Shown piece by piece: positions 18,446 to 27,621 of a stretch of 64,000 nt of DNA; positions within the stretch are counted from its first letter, which is position 1; each line of letters begins with the position of its first letter. The notes beneath the pieces were generated by a model that worked only from the letters and a program-made list of their open reading frames with translations, was not told where the DNA came from and made no database searches. This DNA is from a virus (Duplodnaviria > Caudoviricetes). The DNA lies in the IMG/VR virus record IMGVR_UViG_3300037421_000032, positions 451 to 64,450 of that record. One strand, written 5' to 3'. The position numbers were made by a program, and so were the translations under genes.

Positions 18446-19240
18446 TTAAATGAATCCGCCGCCCGGAAGTCCCAATGGATCCCAGGAATACCACGCCTGC
18501 GGCTCTAGGATTCTTCCCCATCCGGTATCGCCGCGCACGCGCATCCAGTCGGGAAGATGATCTATATCGGTTACGCCTTCGTTGCCGTCCGATATGCGCG
18601 CCTGCGTGACGATCGAGGACGCGACTTGGATTTGCTGATTCAAGAGCGCCTTGTCGGCCTTGATCGGATTGGCGAGCCATGCTCCGAGCGTGGCGGCGGC
18701 GGCCAGCAGGAAATGTGGGTCCCACAAGTCGGGATTATCGATCCGGGCCGTGTAGACCAACTGCGCAAATTCCATATTGGTTACGAGCACCTTGATCGGG
18801 TTTCCGTTCTGGTCGTTGTCGACCATGACGACAAATTTCTCGCCCGTGGCCGGCAACCATGGCGGCGTGAAGCCGAAGCCGCCGGCAAGCACCGGAAACC
18901 CCGCGCCAGCGGCCATCGGCGGATTTGGAAGAATGAACCGTGCTTTCAAACAATCCGGCGGCAATTGATATTCGTACTGCCAGTAGACCGGCGGAATCGG
19001 CAAGGTCGTCCCATTCGGATTCTCCGGCGTTCCCTGCGCGGCCTTGAGCACGGTCAAACCGACTTGCCGGCGCGCACAGTTCCAATGCGCGGCCCGGAAC
19101 AGCGCGTCCATTTTCGGTTGATAGTGCCGGGCGCAGAGGTCGGCGTTCGGCGGCGGCAGCGGCGGGCTAAGCGAGGTGATCGAGAACCGCGCCGAAATGT
19201 TGTCGAGCGCCATGTTGCAAACGTCGACGGGCGAGGTCAT
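18446..19240 (-). CDS. tail tubular protein A / adaptor
   Basis: VDVCNMAL...HWNCARR...WQYEYQLPPDCLK...WDPHF motifs. Confidence 0.88.
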   Translation of the reverse strand: MTSPVDVCNMALDNISARFSITSLSPPLPPPNADLCARHYQPKMDALFRAAHWNCARRQVGLTVLKAAQGTPENPNGTTLPIPPVYWQYEYQLPPDCLKARFILPNPPMAAGAGFPVLAGGFGFTPPWLPATGEKFVVMVDNDQNGNPIKVLVTNMEFAQLVYTARIDNPDLWDPHFLLAAAATLGAWLANPIKADKALLNQQIQVASSIVTQARISDGNEGVTDIDHLPDWMRVRGDTGWGRILEPQAWYSWDPLGLPGGGFI

Positions 19241-19259
19241 TGGAAATCCTAGAGGGAAG

Positions 19260-19415
19260 TCAGGAAGTCGGCGATTCCTGATTCGTTTCTGATTCGGCCG
19301 ATTTCTGTTCGGCCGGCTTCGGCGGATGAATGACGACGTGCGTCTGCCGGTCGGTTGCGTCCTCGCCCTTGCGTTCGACGATCGTCTTGTCCGCGAGCGT
19401 TGGGTAGATCGTCAT
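19260..19415 (-). CDS. small hypothetical protein (51 aa)
   Basis: Hand translation MTIYPTLADKTIVERKGED...; ATGA-coupled; AGGAG RBS. Confidence 0.55.
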   Translation of the reverse strand: MTIYPTLADKTIVERKGEDATDRQTHVVIHPPKPAEQKSAESETNQESPTS

Positions 19416-19672
19416 GCGGGTTTCTCCTGCTCTGCGGCGGCGGCTTTAAGCGGCTTGCCTTCGTCGTCGACGGCCTCGGCGAGCGGAACGTCCTCGAACT
19501 CGCCGACCGTGTGATTGGCGTCTATCGGCGGGTCCGTGCTGTAGTCGATGCGGTCGTGCGATTTCCGTTGGGCACGAAGCGGAATCTTCCAATCGTCCGG
19601 CACCTCGATTATCTCACCGCGCTCGTGAACGCGGCCTTGATAATGGATTGCCTCGTGCAGCCGGACCTTCAT
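19412..19672 (-). CDS. small head-associated hypothetical protein
   Basis: MKVRLHEAIHYQGRVHERGEIIEVPDD; N-terminus paralogous to 20920..21441. Confidence 0.65.
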   Translation of the reverse strand: MKVRLHEAIHYQGRVHERGEIIEVPDDWKIPLRAQRKSHDRIDYSTDPPIDANHTVGEFEDVPLAEAVDDEGKPLKAAAAEQEKPA

Positions 19673-19676
19673 GGTC

Positions 19677-20069
19677 CTACTCCGCGGCTTCTTTGTAGAA
19701 CCGCCCGCGCCGGGCTTCCGCGGCTTCCTCGGCCTCTTCCGCCGGGTCTTGGGTTGCCGGCGACATGCGGCAGATTTGCAGCTCGACCCGCGTGCAAACC
19801 TCCTTGGTGCCGTCCGCCTGCACTTCCTCGCGCTGCGAGGTGCAGGTCACGCGCGCCTCGCAACAGAAATGGATTTCATCGCCCGCCGAGGGAAGATCGC
19901 CGTCGAGCCCGAGCTTTTCGAGCGTGTCATCGTCGAGCGAAATGCACAGCCCGTAGGGATAGACCGGCGTCTTGATTTCAGCGGCCGGCATTGAGGTCGG
20001 CGCCGGCATGTCTTCTTTGATTTCCTCGGGGGTCTTCGCCAAATCCACCATACGGCCGAAGTGTAGCAT
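19677..20069 (-). CDS. capsid staple-like protein (Ralstonia phage GP4 gp10-like)
   Basis: YPYGLCISLDDDTLEKLGL...VELQI motif; GGAGG RBS. Confidence 0.7.
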   Translation of the reverse strand: MLHFGRMVDLAKTPEEIKEDMPAPTSMPAAEIKTPVYPYGLCISLDDDTLEKLGLDGDLPSAGDEIHFCCEARVTCTSQREEVQADGTKEVCTRVELQICRMSPATQDPAEEAEEAAEARRGRFYKEAAE

Positions 20070-20080
20070 TTGATCCTCCC

Positions 20081-20392
20081 CTAAGCCGCCGCCTGGGCCG
20101 GGATTGCGGGCGCCGCCGGCCCAGCGGGCGCGGCTCCAGCGGCGGGCGGTGCCGGGGCCACAGCTCCCGCGGGCGCGCCCGCGGCCATCTCATCTTCGTG
20201 GCGAGCGGCCATATCGGCGAAGTCTTTCTCATGCCGCTTGTGCATGTCGGTCCGCTCGGAGGCGTGCCTTTCGTGGGCTTCCCCGCGCTCGCGCGCATGG
20301 CGCCCGTGGACGGTTTCGGGACCGCCCGTCTTGGCATCGCCGGCCTTCGGCTTGGGGCCGTAGTGATCGCGCAACATTTTTATAAACTCCAT
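20081..20392 (-). CDS. His/charge-repeat hypothetical protein with Ala/Pro tail
   Basis: RHxxE repeats about every 11 aa. Confidence 0.6.
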   Translation of the reverse strand: MEFIKMLRDHYGPKPKAGDAKTGGPETVHGRHARERGEAHERHASERTDMHKRHEKDFADMAARHEDEMAAGAPAGAVAPAPPAAGAAPAGPAAPAIPAQAAA

Positions 20393-20522
20393 GTTCTAGA
20401 GAAGGAGACCGTGTTCACGCGCCCAATCCAGAGGATGTTTAGCGTTCTTCGAGAGATTGCAGGATGGGCACAAAAGCTGGAGATTCGCCACCACATTCCG
20501 GCCACCCAGCGCGATAGGAAGG

Positions 20523-20822
20523 ATGTGGTCGATCCGCAATGCCGGCGTCGGCGGATGGGATCACATACGAGAACACACGAAACGCGAGCGCGGCTTTAGG
20601 TGTGAGGATTGTGGATACAAGCGAATCCCAAAGCTTCTTGTTGTGCATCATCTTGATGGTGTTCATGGCAGGAACAATGCGCCCGACAATCTGCGCGTAC
20701 TTTGTCCAACTTGCCATGCTGAACATCATTTTCGTCTCGGTTCGCGGCGACTTGGGCCTACTTGGCGAGGGGGTGGCTTCCGTACCACCTCTCCGAGCGA
20801 GGACGAATCGGTCGTGGTTTGA
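20523..20822 (+). CDS. HNH endonuclease, antisense to the late operon
   Basis: CEDC...VHHLDG..RNNAPDNLRVLCPTCHAEHH; AGGAAGG upstream of the ATG. Confidence 0.8.
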   Translation: MWSIRNAGVGGWDHIREHTKRERGFRCEDCGYKRIPKLLVVHHLDGVHGRNNAPDNLRVLCPTCHAEHHFRLGSRRLGPTWRGGGFRTTSPSEDESVVV

Positions 20823-20913
20823 CCATTCTCGATTTCCACTTCTTCGCCACTTTCTTCTCCCCATCGCCCGGCATGGTTCGCCGGGCGATATCGGCAAGTG
20901 TGAGCGAGGCCAT
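20758..20913 (-). CDS. 51-aa basic peptide whose N-terminus copies the major capsid N-terminus
   Basis: Hand translation MASLTLADIARRTMPGDGEKKVAKKWKSRMVKPRPIRPRSERWYGSHPLAK. Confidence 0.65.
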   Translation of the reverse strand: MASLTLADIARRTMPGDGEKKVAKKWKSRMVKPRPIRPRSERWYGSHPLAK

Positions 20914-20919
20914 GCCGGG

Positions 20920-21441
20920 CTAGGCGACTTTCTTCTCGGCCACCTTGGCGTCCGCGCGTTCCTTCTCGGCCGCGGCGAGCGCGTCCTTTTCGGCCTTGTG
21001 TTTGGCCGCAAGGGCTTCGGCTTCGGCCTTGTGCCGCTGCTCCAACTCAGCCGCGGTTGCCTCACGCGGCTCGGGAACGGTAGGCTTGCGGTCTTTGAGC
21101 AACTTCGCTTCCGCTTCCTGCTTGGCCTTGAGGATTTCGCCTTCGCGCTTGTGGCGGGCTTCGACTTCCTTCGCGGCGTGTTTGCGAGCGAGTTCCGCCG
21201 ATTCCTCGGAATGTTTCGCGGCTAGTTCCGCATGCGCGTCCGACGCCTTGGCATCGGCCATCTCCTGGCGATGGCGGGCGGTCAATTCCTGCCGCTCCTT
21301 CCACGCTTCTTCATCGACCACATCGAACATCGGCACGCCGTTGCTGTACGGGCCGTCGACGCCGGGCGGCAGGTCGACGATATCGCCCGAGGCGTAGACA
21401 TGGCCGTGGAGTTGCATCGGGGTTTTGAGGGAGATTTTCAT
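20920..21441 (-). CDS. hypothetical head-region protein with RH/KHxxE helical repeats
   Basis: ORF track; AGGAG RBS. Confidence 0.65.
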   Translation of the reverse strand: MKISLKTPMQLHGHVYASGDIVDLPPGVDGPYSNGVPMFDVVDEEAWKERQELTARHRQEMADAKASDAHAELAAKHSEESAELARKHAAKEVEARHKREGEILKAKQEAEAKLLKDRKPTVPEPREATAAELEQRHKAEAEALAAKHKAEKDALAAAEKERADAKVAEKKVA

Positions 21442-21459
21442 CTAGGTTGCTCCTGTTTT

Positions 21460-21639
21460 TTAGTCCTTGGGTGCGTACCATTTCTCGCCGCGCGAGACTC
21501 GCTCGGGAAGCTTGCCGCCTTTGTCCGCTTGCGTGAACTCCTTGGCGACGGACGGCTTGATTCCGCGTTTGGCCGCGGCCTTCGGATTGGCCTTGGCCCA
21601 GAACATGAGCCGCCGCTGGGCTTGCGAGATGGCGGGCAT
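21460..21639 (-). CDS. small basic phage protein (59 aa)
   Basis: Hand translation MPAISQAQRRLMFWAKANPKAAAKRGIKPSVAKEFTQADKGGKLPERVSRGEKWYAPKD; GGAGG RBS. Confidence 0.7.
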   Translation of the reverse strand: MPAISQAQRRLMFWAKANPKAAAKRGIKPSVAKEFTQADKGGKLPERVSRGEKWYAPKD

Positions 21640-21651
21640 CGCGCCCTCCGT

Positions 21652-22956
21652 TTAGAGTTCCGCGCTGGCCTGAATCTTTCCGGTTCCGTTGTTCGAGTAG
21701 AGGAAGGATGCAACGCCGGCCGCCGGCACTGTGCCGGCGGTACAGTTCACAAGCGCGGTCCCTGTGCTCGCAACCGTGCTGGTGACGGTCGTCGCTGCCG
21801 CGAGCGTGGTGCAGTTGCCAAGCGTCGCTTGCGTGGTCGAGGTCGGCGTTGCAAAGCCGTTGGCAAAGGAAAGCGTCGGCGCGGCCCGCATGGTGACGGG
21901 GAATTGAACGAGGCAGTTCGTGTGTGTCGTATCGACTGCCGCGCACGGAGCTACCGGGGCGATCGCCGCGCTTTCGGTAAGCTGGTAGTAATAGCGTTGC
22001 TGCCGCGAGGTTTCATCCTCGATGCCACGCCGGGCAAAAGCCTTGGCGCGGGCGTCATTGGCGGGCAAGACCACTCCGGCGCTTCCGGCCACCGTGGTCA
22101 GGGTACTATTGCGGGTAAGCTGGATGCCCGATAACGCGATGTAATCATTGGTGCCGGCAGTTCCGACCGGCGTGAAACACAACGCCACGGCGATTTCGGC
22201 CGTGCCGGCTGGTATCGGCGCCGCCGCCGTATAGTGCGTGTTGGTCGCGGAGATCGTGACGTTGAGGGTGACGTTTGCCTGCGTCGTCCAACCCGAGCCG
22301 CCGCCGCCGCCGCCATTGAGTCCGAACGCAGCCTTCGCCGCGCCCTCATCCACGACGCTCCCGGTAATGAAATTCACCGTCATCACGGAATTGGCGGCCG
22401 AGAAATTTGCGCCCGCCGTGGCGTGGAAATCGACTTCGGCGGTCAGGCCGGAATAGGCGAAGGATTCCGTCCCCTCGACCACCTGAATCATGCAGACCGG
22501 GAGGACGCCGGTCTGCCCGGAGGTCCGGGCCATCTTGAAAGCGGCCTGGAACGTCTTGGAGGGAGGCAGATCCGCCGCGGTCGTGTCCCGGCTGACCGTC
22601 ATCGCCGTTGCGGTTCCCGACCAATAGGCCCAGCGGTCGGGGCCGCCGTAGGTCAGGGTCGTGGTGACGGATGAGCCGGTCGTCGCCCGCTGGAACAGGT
22701 TTGTGGTGGCATCCCCGCCGATCAGGCTGTTGTCGTAGTTTCCCCCAGGGAGCGATTGGGTATAGCCGGAAAGCGTTGAGCTGGTCGCGTAACAGGAAAC
22801 CGTGCAGGGGAAGTTGAGCGGGATCTGTTCGGTCCCCGCGAGGTTCGTGATCTGTTGCATTCCCTGGCCGATGGCCCGCTGCGCGGGGCCGAAGGCAAAA
22901 ACTGCGGCGATAGCCGCCCCCAGAAGCGCCAATCCGATGCGGAAGGTGGACTTCAT
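21652..22956 (-). CDS. signal-peptide-bearing tail-fibre-like (carbohydrate-binding) protein
   Basis: MKSTFRIGLALLGAAIAAVFAFG leader. NSLIGGD..NLFQR...PDRW and E...QRYY...FPVTMRAAPT are fibre motifs. Confidence 0.75.
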   Translation of the reverse strand: MKSTFRIGLALLGAAIAAVFAFGPAQRAIGQGMQQITNLAGTEQIPLNFPCTVSCYATSSTLSGYTQSLPGGNYDNSLIGGDATTNLFQRATTGSSVTTTLTYGGPDRWAYWSGTATAMTVSRDTTAADLPPSKTFQAAFKMARTSGQTGVLPVCMIQVVEGTESFAYSGLTAEVDFHATAGANFSAANSVMTVNFITGSVVDEGAAKAAFGLNGGGGGGSGWTTQANVTLNVTISATNTHYTAAAPIPAGTAEIAVALCFTPVGTAGTNDYIALSGIQLTRNSTLTTVAGSAGVVLPANDARAKAFARRGIEDETSRQQRYYYQLTESAAIAPVAPCAAVDTTHTNCLVQFPVTMRAAPTLSFANGFATPTSTTQATLGNCTTLAAATTVTSTVASTGTALVNCTAGTVPAAGVASFLYSNNGTGKIQASAEL

Positions 22957-23173
22957 CGTCTGATCCGCCGCCTTGCGGCGCCTCCGGTTCGAGGTTAATT
23001 CCAAGTCACTAGACCTTCGCCTGATTCCCGTCAACGGACGGGTTGAGGTTTCCCCTTGTTTTCGGCGCATCCTACGGAATGCGCCGCAACGCAACGCCAT
23101 CCTCGGCAAGCTGGGCTACGACCTCCCGCAGCTTGGCGTTCTCGGCTTCGAGTTCGGCGGGCGTCATGTGGCC

Positions 23174-23863
23174 TCAGAAAGTGAATATGGTGATGGCATT
23201 ATTGGTCCATGCCGTGCTGCCAGCAATCCCCACCGCAAGCCAGTATTGCGTGTTAGGCGTTCCGGTAAAGGTTCCCGCGATCGAGGTCAAAGTGAAACCA
23301 GTGCCGCAAGCCGTTGCGTGCATGACGGGGGTGAGTATCGTCGCGCCTCCGGGAATCGGATTGAGGGAAAACATTGGCTCGCTGCCAATGGTGCCCGGAG
23401 AGCCGTTGACACTGTACGTTCCCGCCAATCCTGGGGAACCCGTCAACTGCCCAGTGATCGTCACGGGAGCAAACCCCGCGCCGTTCAAAATTTGCCCTGT
23501 TGCAATCGACCAGGGTGGCGCTGGCGGCACGAAACTTCCTGCGGTCAGGACGTTGCTGGCAATTGACCCCATAAAATTCGCACCAGTAATAGAGGAAGCC
23601 CCAGCGCCGATATAAAGCTGCGCCGACATCTGGGTTGTGGGGCTGCTGCCACAAAGAACCTGCCCGGTTGCAAGGGCGTAAACCACTCCATAGGGGCCGG
23701 TCGTGAAAGTGCAAGACAGCAGCACGCCGAGAATTGTGCCGGGCGTGCCGTTCACCGTGGTATCGAAACCATCGCAGGTTATTGCCTGCGGATTGCCGGC
23801 GCGCGCCGCTGTCGGGCATAAAACGGCGATGGCGACAGAGAGTGCAAGAAGCAGTCGCCTCAT
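23174..23863 (-). CDS. secreted beta-rich protein with 4 Cys in the mature part; paralog of 23860..24639
   Basis: MRRLLLALSVAIAVLCPTAARA|GNP leader. Confidence 0.7.
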   Translation of the reverse strand: MRRLLLALSVAIAVLCPTAARAGNPQAITCDGFDTTVNGTPGTILGVLLSCTFTTGPYGVVYALATGQVLCGSSPTTQMSAQLYIGAGASSITGANFMGSIASNVLTAGSFVPPAPPWSIATGQILNGAGFAPVTITGQLTGSPGLAGTYSVNGSPGTIGSEPMFSLNPIPGGATILTPVMHATACGTGFTLTSIAGTFTGTPNTQYWLAVGIAGSTAWTNNAITIFTF

Positions 23864-24639
23864 TGCACGATCCCGTATGATGGGGGAAGTTTTGGCGGGG
23901 CGACTATAGAGATTTGCCCGTTGCTCCAACTAGCCAGTTGGGGATCCCCGGTCACTCGTTCTGCCGTAAGCGTGAGGCCGACCCATATAATCTCGTTCGG
24001 AGGCTGCGATGCTATTGGCATGATCCCAGCAATCGTTACCGTTTCCGTTGATCCGTTTTGACACTTCAAATCCTGTAGTATGCGTGCGGATATAGGGCCG
24101 CCACCTGGGAAAGCCCCCTGGTAGGGCACCTCAGTAAGCGCCCACATCACTTCGCTCCCAACCGAAACCGTATTATCGGACACCGTGTAATGGCCGGTCC
24201 CGCCAGTAGGACCGTCCGTTTGCCCTGTGACCGACAGCGTGGAGCCGTTGAACCCGGTCGGGATGCCCGCTCCTGATTGGGCATCGTAAAGTATCTGCCC
24301 TGTCCCGATCTTGAATGCCGGTGGTGTTATCATGCTTGGCACGGTCAGGACGCCGCCGGAAATCGAGCCGTTGAACTGAGCCCCGAGGGCAGCAGGCGGC
24401 CCATTGGCGCTGGCAATCAAAATCAACGAGGCTGTGTTGGTGGCGGCACAACTGACCGTTCCGGTCGCTGACACGTAAATGGTGCCGTAGAATCCGTTGT
24501 TTAGCGTACAATTGGAAAGCACCACGTTGCCGCTGAATGAAAATGAGGTCGTGTCGTAGGTCGGGCAGGTTACGGCGGACTGCGCCCAGGCGGGTGCACA
24601 CCAGAGCAGCAACGCGAGTGCGACCAGCCAGCGGCGCAT
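23860..24639 (-). CDS. secreted beta-rich protein with 4 Cys in the mature part
   Basis: MRRWLVALALLLWCAPAWA|QS leader. Confidence 0.75.
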   Translation of the reverse strand: MRRWLVALALLLWCAPAWAQSAVTCPTYDTTSFSFSGNVVLSNCTLNNGFYGTIYVSATGTVSCAATNTASLILIASANGPPAALGAQFNGSISGGVLTVPSMITPPAFKIGTGQILYDAQSGAGIPTGFNGSTLSVTGQTDGPTGGTGHYTVSDNTVSVGSEVMWALTEVPYQGAFPGGGPISARILQDLKCQNGSTETVTIAGIMPIASQPPNEIIWVGLTLTAERVTGDPQLASWSNGQISIVAPPKLPPSYGIVQ

Positions 24640-24641
24640 TC

Positions 24642-26537
24642 TCAGTCCCCGATTATGGAGCTGTCGAGCAAGATCATCCCCGGAGAAATCAAAGACACAT
24701 ACCCAACTTGCCCGGCGGTCATTCCAGAACTGGTGGCGGCAATTTGAATGCTGTTAAGCCCGTACTTGTTGACGCTAAGTGCTGTAGCTGCAAACGTAGC
24801 CGCAGCGGTCGTGAACGTATAATCCGCGACGTTTTCAAAATAGACATTGGGCGGCGGACAAAGCGGCGCAGTTTTTGCAGCGGTATCCCACACATTGCAG
24901 CGCAAGGTTACAGGCAGCGGCCACGTCGACAGAAAGTCAGTCGTGGTGTCGGAAAAACCCATCGTGGTTTCGATTGCGCCGTTGTTGCCGGGGTTGATGG
25001 CGGTTTCCAATCCCGTTCCGATCAATTGAGCAAACCGCGCATTGCGCAGCATGTCGGACACGGCGTCCGGGATTTCCAGCGGCCCTGGGTACAGTTGAAT
25101 GCACGGAGGCGCAGCACCGGCGCAGGTCGCTCCCGGCGTCTGCTTCAATTCAAATCCGTCGATGGTGAAATATTGACCGTTCGTCATGGCTCCGGTGTGA
25201 AACTCGACTTCCATGTCACCATGAATGCCGGTCGGAACCCACGTATAGGCATAGTTGCATTGGCTCGGCGACGCGACGTTCGTGCAGGCAGTCAGGGTGA
25301 CCGGCGCTATATCCGTTGTCGCGTTCGTCCAGGCGTTAAGGCAAACTCCGACCGTCAAGGGACAGGCATTTTTGCTGCTAAAGCTCGGTGCCGAAGTAAA
25401 ATTAGTTGAGAAATTTATATTCATTTGAAACGTAATGGCCTGGATCAGCATGTTAGACGAGACGCAAACTGAGGTCGAACCCGCATAGAGCGCACAGTTG
25501 ATCCGTGAGGCATCAACATAGTCTATCGGGAAGCGAATAATCAAATCGGTCAGAGTGCCGCCGGCCGTACATTGAATTGCCAGCGGGGCAAAGTTGCCCC
25601 CTGGGCCGTTAGTTCCGACCCCGGTACAACTGACGCTGCTAGTGCCTGCGGTCCCAACCGGAATGGCGTAGATGCCCTCTGCCGACCAGCCGCCCGCCGA
25701 TCGCATCGTCTCGCTGGCAACCAATTGCGAAGTATCGACTTGATAAGTACCGGCGCCTCCGGCCGAGCCGGTAAGTTGCCGGACGATCTTAGTCCCTCGT
25801 GCGACGGTGCTGAATACGATGACATCACCGCTTCCCACGCCCGGCCCGACAAGCGTGCATTGACTGGCGTTGGTGTTAAACCCCACACCGCCGTTCAGGG
25901 ATGGGCACGCGCTAGTATTGCCGGTCAGCGTGACCGTGTTGCTCGTAGTAGACGCTACGGTGTAATTTCCGGCGATGGCGCGAGGGTTGGTCAGGTCCGT
26001 AGCATACATCCCGGCTGCGATGCCTGTTGTGGACGCGAAATGAAGCACATTGTTGCCAACAGCGGTCGTTCCATTGGTCACGCAGTTAGTTTGAGACGGA
26101 CAATTAACGGTGTCCGTCACCCGCTGGTCTTGTTGGATCGTCCCCGTCACGCTGCTCGCAGTCAGCGTTGTGCCGGCCGATCCGCTACCGTTGTCAATCG
26201 TTGCGGTGAAGCTCGCGATGCCGTTGACATAAGGGTTGGAGTTAGGCACGTCTTTCGTGAGCCATTTGTAATGTGCCCAACTCGTCATTGAACCGTTGCG
26301 CAGCGCGTTCGTCGTGCCGGTCGTTTGCAACAGGACGTTCTGGTTGACGTATGCGCCCTGGTCGGGATTGAAAAATGGAATGTTGACTGAAAGACCGCTG
26401 CCGAGCGTGAAGTTGCCCGCGAAGCCGTTTATAAAGTTGACGGCGGCCTGCGCCAGTTGCGGCGACCAGCCTGCGGCCATGACTTGCCCGACCAAGGCGC
26501 CAAGAAACAGAATGCCGAGTAGTCGAAGTTTTGTCAT
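24642..26537 (-). CDS. large secreted Cys-rich fibre/adhesin-like protein
   Basis: MTKLRLLGILFLGALVGQVMA leader; NALRNGSMTSW fibre-type domain start; many Cys. Confidence 0.7.
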   Translation of the reverse strand: MTKLRLLGILFLGALVGQVMAAGWSPQLAQAAVNFINGFAGNFTLGSGLSVNIPFFNPDQGAYVNQNVLLQTTGTTNALRNGSMTSWAHYKWLTKDVPNSNPYVNGIASFTATIDNGSGSAGTTLTASSVTGTIQQDQRVTDTVNCPSQTNCVTNGTTAVGNNVLHFASTTGIAAGMYATDLTNPRAIAGNYTVASTTSNTVTLTGNTSACPSLNGGVGFNTNASQCTLVGPGVGSGDVIVFSTVARGTKIVRQLTGSAGGAGTYQVDTSQLVASETMRSAGGWSAEGIYAIPVGTAGTSSVSCTGVGTNGPGGNFAPLAIQCTAGGTLTDLIIRFPIDYVDASRINCALYAGSTSVCVSSNMLIQAITFQMNINFSTNFTSAPSFSSKNACPLTVGVCLNAWTNATTDIAPVTLTACTNVASPSQCNYAYTWVPTGIHGDMEVEFHTGAMTNGQYFTIDGFELKQTPGATCAGAAPPCIQLYPGPLEIPDAVSDMLRNARFAQLIGTGLETAINPGNNGAIETTMGFSDTTTDFLSTWPLPVTLRCNVWDTAAKTAPLCPPPNVYFENVADYTFTTAAATFAATALSVNKYGLNSIQIAATSSGMTAGQVGYVSLISPGMILLDSSIIGD

Positions 26538-26541
26538 CTAA

Positions 26542-27621
26542 CTATCCAGTGGGTGTGACGACGATTATGCCATTTGCTCCTGACCCGCCCGCATTGGTAG
26601 CCCCGGTGAACCCACCGCCACCGCCGCCTGCTCCATAGTTGCCGCCGTTCCCACCTGGGGCGTCAGTGACAGAGGTCGGACCGGCGCCGCCGCCACCGCC
26701 ACCGCCGGAACCGTGGGAGGCATCAAAATCAACCCCGGCACCACCAGCGCACGCTGGCCCCATATTGCTGACACCAGAGTTAGCAGCACCACCGCCGCCC
26801 GATCCATGTGATCCAGCAGTGCAAACTGAAACGTTTGACACACCACCCAACCCGCCTGCCGTACTATCTTGAGCCGTGCCGCCGTTACCGCCACCATTCG
26901 CAACAGAATCCGCTCCGTTACCACCGCCGCCATTGCCCCCACCGCCGCCGCCGCCGTTTTGAACACCCGCACCGGAAGCCCCGCCATGCCCGCCAGCTCC
27001 GTTCGGACCGGCCGCACCGCCGCCGCCGCCCGCTCCATTTGCTACTTGCGTCTGCGCGCCGCCGGCACCACCAGCATTCTTGGTAGAGCCAACCGCGCCC
27101 GTGGTAGACCCGCCCGCCGCCGTCGATGTTGATCCCACGCCCCCAGCGCCGCCGTTCGATCCGACGACAACTGCCGTGCCTCCGATTGTCGCGCAGTTGG
27201 TTGTGGCGTTGCACAGCCAAGTATTGCCGCCCGCAACACCGGGGCTCCCGTTCGCGCCGCCGGTTCCGATGTTGATCCCGATAGTGCCGGACAAAGAAAG
27301 TCCGGTGGCTTTGGAATATCCGCCCCCGCCGCCTCCAGCACCGATTACGGTTCCGGTCGCATTCGCGCCGCCACCACCCCCGGCGATGGTTTCGGCAGTA
27401 AAGACCGAGCAGTTTGGAAAATCGACCGTGAGGTTGATCGTAGTCGTGGCAGTGTTAGTGTAAAATGCTGCTGTGCCCGCGGAAGCACAACTGCCCCCAC
27501 CACTCGGCGCCGTGATGCTGCAAAACCCCGCCGCGCAGCCGTTGAACTGCGCCCATGAGGCGAGCGGCAGGCCAACGCAAATGCCGGCAAGCGCCGCGAG
27601 AACAACAACCCACCGTTTCAT
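26542..27621 (-). CDS. secreted glycine-rich tail-fibre-like protein
   Basis: MKRWVVVLAALAGICVGLPLASWA|QF leader; GGGGGG...GANGIIVV glycine-rich domain. Confidence 0.75.
   Translation of the reverse strand: MKRWVVVLAALAGICVGLPLASWAQFNGCAAGFCSITAPSGGGSCASAGTAAFYTNTATTTINLTVDFPNCSVFTAETIAGGGGGANATGTVIGAGGGGGGYSKATGLSLSGTIGINIGTGGANGSPGVAGGNTWLCNATTNCATIGGTAVVVGSNGGAGGVGSTSTAAGGSTTGAVGSTKNAGGAGGAQTQVANGAGGGGGAAGPNGAGGHGGASGAGVQNGGGGGGGNGGGGNGADSVANGGGNGGTAQDSTAGGLGGVSNVSVCTAGSHGSGGGGAANSGVSNMGPACAGGAGVDFDASHGSGGGGGGGAGPTSVTDAPGGNGGNYGAGGGGGGFTGATNAGGSGANGIIVVTPTG

Noticed and set aside
20439-21065. 208-aa minus-strand ORF from the ORF track
   Set aside because: It overlaps three better-supported genes (20920..21441, the capsid-mimic ORF, the HNH) and has no motifs.
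26560-27400. Dense CCG/GCC repeats
   Set aside because: They are poly-Gly codons of the glycine-rich protein, not an array or microsatellite system.
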